Shown: positions 62,977-64,000 of the stretch, in pieces
Layout of the letters: each line of letters starts with the position of its first letter
How positions within the stretch are numbered: position 1 is the stretch's first letter
NCBI GenBank assembly: GCA_037447605.1
Contig: CM074817.1
Location: 558,001 to 622,000, forward strand
Length of the DNA: 64,000 bases
Reading direction: 5' to 3'
From: Zygnema circumcarinatum SAG 698-1b
Taxonomy: Eukaryota; Plantae; Zygnematophyceae
Notes under the pieces: model-generated
The model's input: the letters and a program-made list of their open reading frames with translations, nothing else
Database searches by the model: none
Told to the model about the DNA's origin: nothing
Translations under genes and position numbers: made by a program

Positions 62977-64000
62977 AGGAGAGGAGAGGCCGAGAGGGCG
63001 ATCGAGCCGGAGAGGTCATCATCGCCTCAAGTGTGGGCGAGGGAGGCCGCTCGGTGCTCCCAAACGTGGACTGTTTTGGTCGAGTATGAATAAAACCGTG
63101 CCTTGATTTCATTTTCTTCTTTTTCATTCCCTCCCTTCGACTTCGATGTGGGGACGCATTTCGCCTGGAATTGTTGTTTGCATGCTACGAAAAGTTGTCA
63201 TGCAGCTGATGGCTATTGGCGCATCGGGGCGTCAGTACCAGTCAAGAGGATGGTGCGTGATTCCTGCTTCGATTATTACACGCATTTGGACGATTGCGGA
63301 AAAATAGTTGACAATTTAAGCAGTAGTTGTCGAACTAACGGTCCGTCGACCCGCCCACGCCACGCCGCATCCCCAAGCGCACTATCGCTTCAAGTGCCGG
63401 AGGACGGGCGAGGCCCTCCGCACGCGCGCGTCGTGACGCGTCACCGCGGTCACGGAGGGCGGGACCGCCGTACGGACGGACGCTCCGCCCGAGAGAAGAA
63501 GAGAAGATGCGCAGGGAGGCGGCGAGGGCGCCAGCGGTGCGCCACGCCGTGTCGCGTCACGGCGGCGTTCGCTGGCGGCGGCCTCGCCTCTCCTTCCGTC
63601 CCGCCGCTCGGCTTCAAAAATAAGATGAGCACAAGTGGTCGTTCAAGTTTCGATTTCGAGTTGACGCTGCGCTGCGCGTGCCGCGAATCAATCAACCGAC
63701 CGACCACTCGCGAGCCGCGCGGAGGCCGCCTCCGTCCGTCCTCTTCCTGCGCGTCCCGACGCCGCGGAGGCGGCAGGCACCGAGGGCGGGCGCGAGGCCA
63801 AACCAAATGTGAAAATGAGATGTGAAATGTTCCTCGATTCGCGCGAGACTCGATTCCACCCGCAGCCCCCGCAACAATGTGGTGGTGGACCCACGAGTTC
63901 AACTTATCCCGACCTGACCCAGCGTGGATCCAGCACGTGCTGCGGGACAGCGCACAGGCCCGCGCCGTACCGTACGAACGGCGGTCGGCGCAGTTCAACC

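Noticed and set aside
63450-64000. ORFs at the window end
   Set aside because: GC-rich, promoter-like sequence truncated by the window edge, with no assignable protein.

Overview
Eukaryotic, intron-rich genomic window, most likely from a streptophyte green alga. This is inferred from the land-plant-type gene set (group A ABF/ABI5 bZIP, plant-type NRAMP fragment, plant-type HGSNAT-like gene) together with TTTTAGGG telomere repeats, a unit known from Klebsormidiophyceae and Chlamydomonadales. Positions 1-6354 look like a chromosome end: an NFU-type Fe-S cluster gene, an orphan NRAMP last-exon remnant and ~1.6 kb of (TTTTAGGG)n. A 100-N gap follows, then sequence carrying degenerate telomere motifs in the opposite orientation. 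The rest is gene-dense. I could reconstruct spliced models by hand for a secreted Cys-rich protein (-), HEMC (-), a CW-type MORC ATPase (+), a condensation-domain/acyltransferase-like protein (-), an ABF/ABI5 bZIP (+), a WEE1/MYT1-family kinase (-, with a 1.3 kb duplicated block flanked by 10-N gaps), an HGSNAT-like membrane protein (+), a DUF218 protein (-), UVRAG/VPS38 (+) and an F-box/LRR protein (+). Most long ORFs in the supplied track are artefacts of microsatellites or GC-rich promoters. The most interesting observations are a telo-box minisatellite between WEE1 and the HGSNAT-like gene, an HGSNAT-like protein lacking the catalytic His and Asn, a MORC with a degenerate CW cage plus candidate EAR and SPOC-like N-terminal elements, a 9-bp-phased GTAC array, and the head-to-head telomeric junction. 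Exon boundaries were read manually and family matches are from memory, not from database searches.
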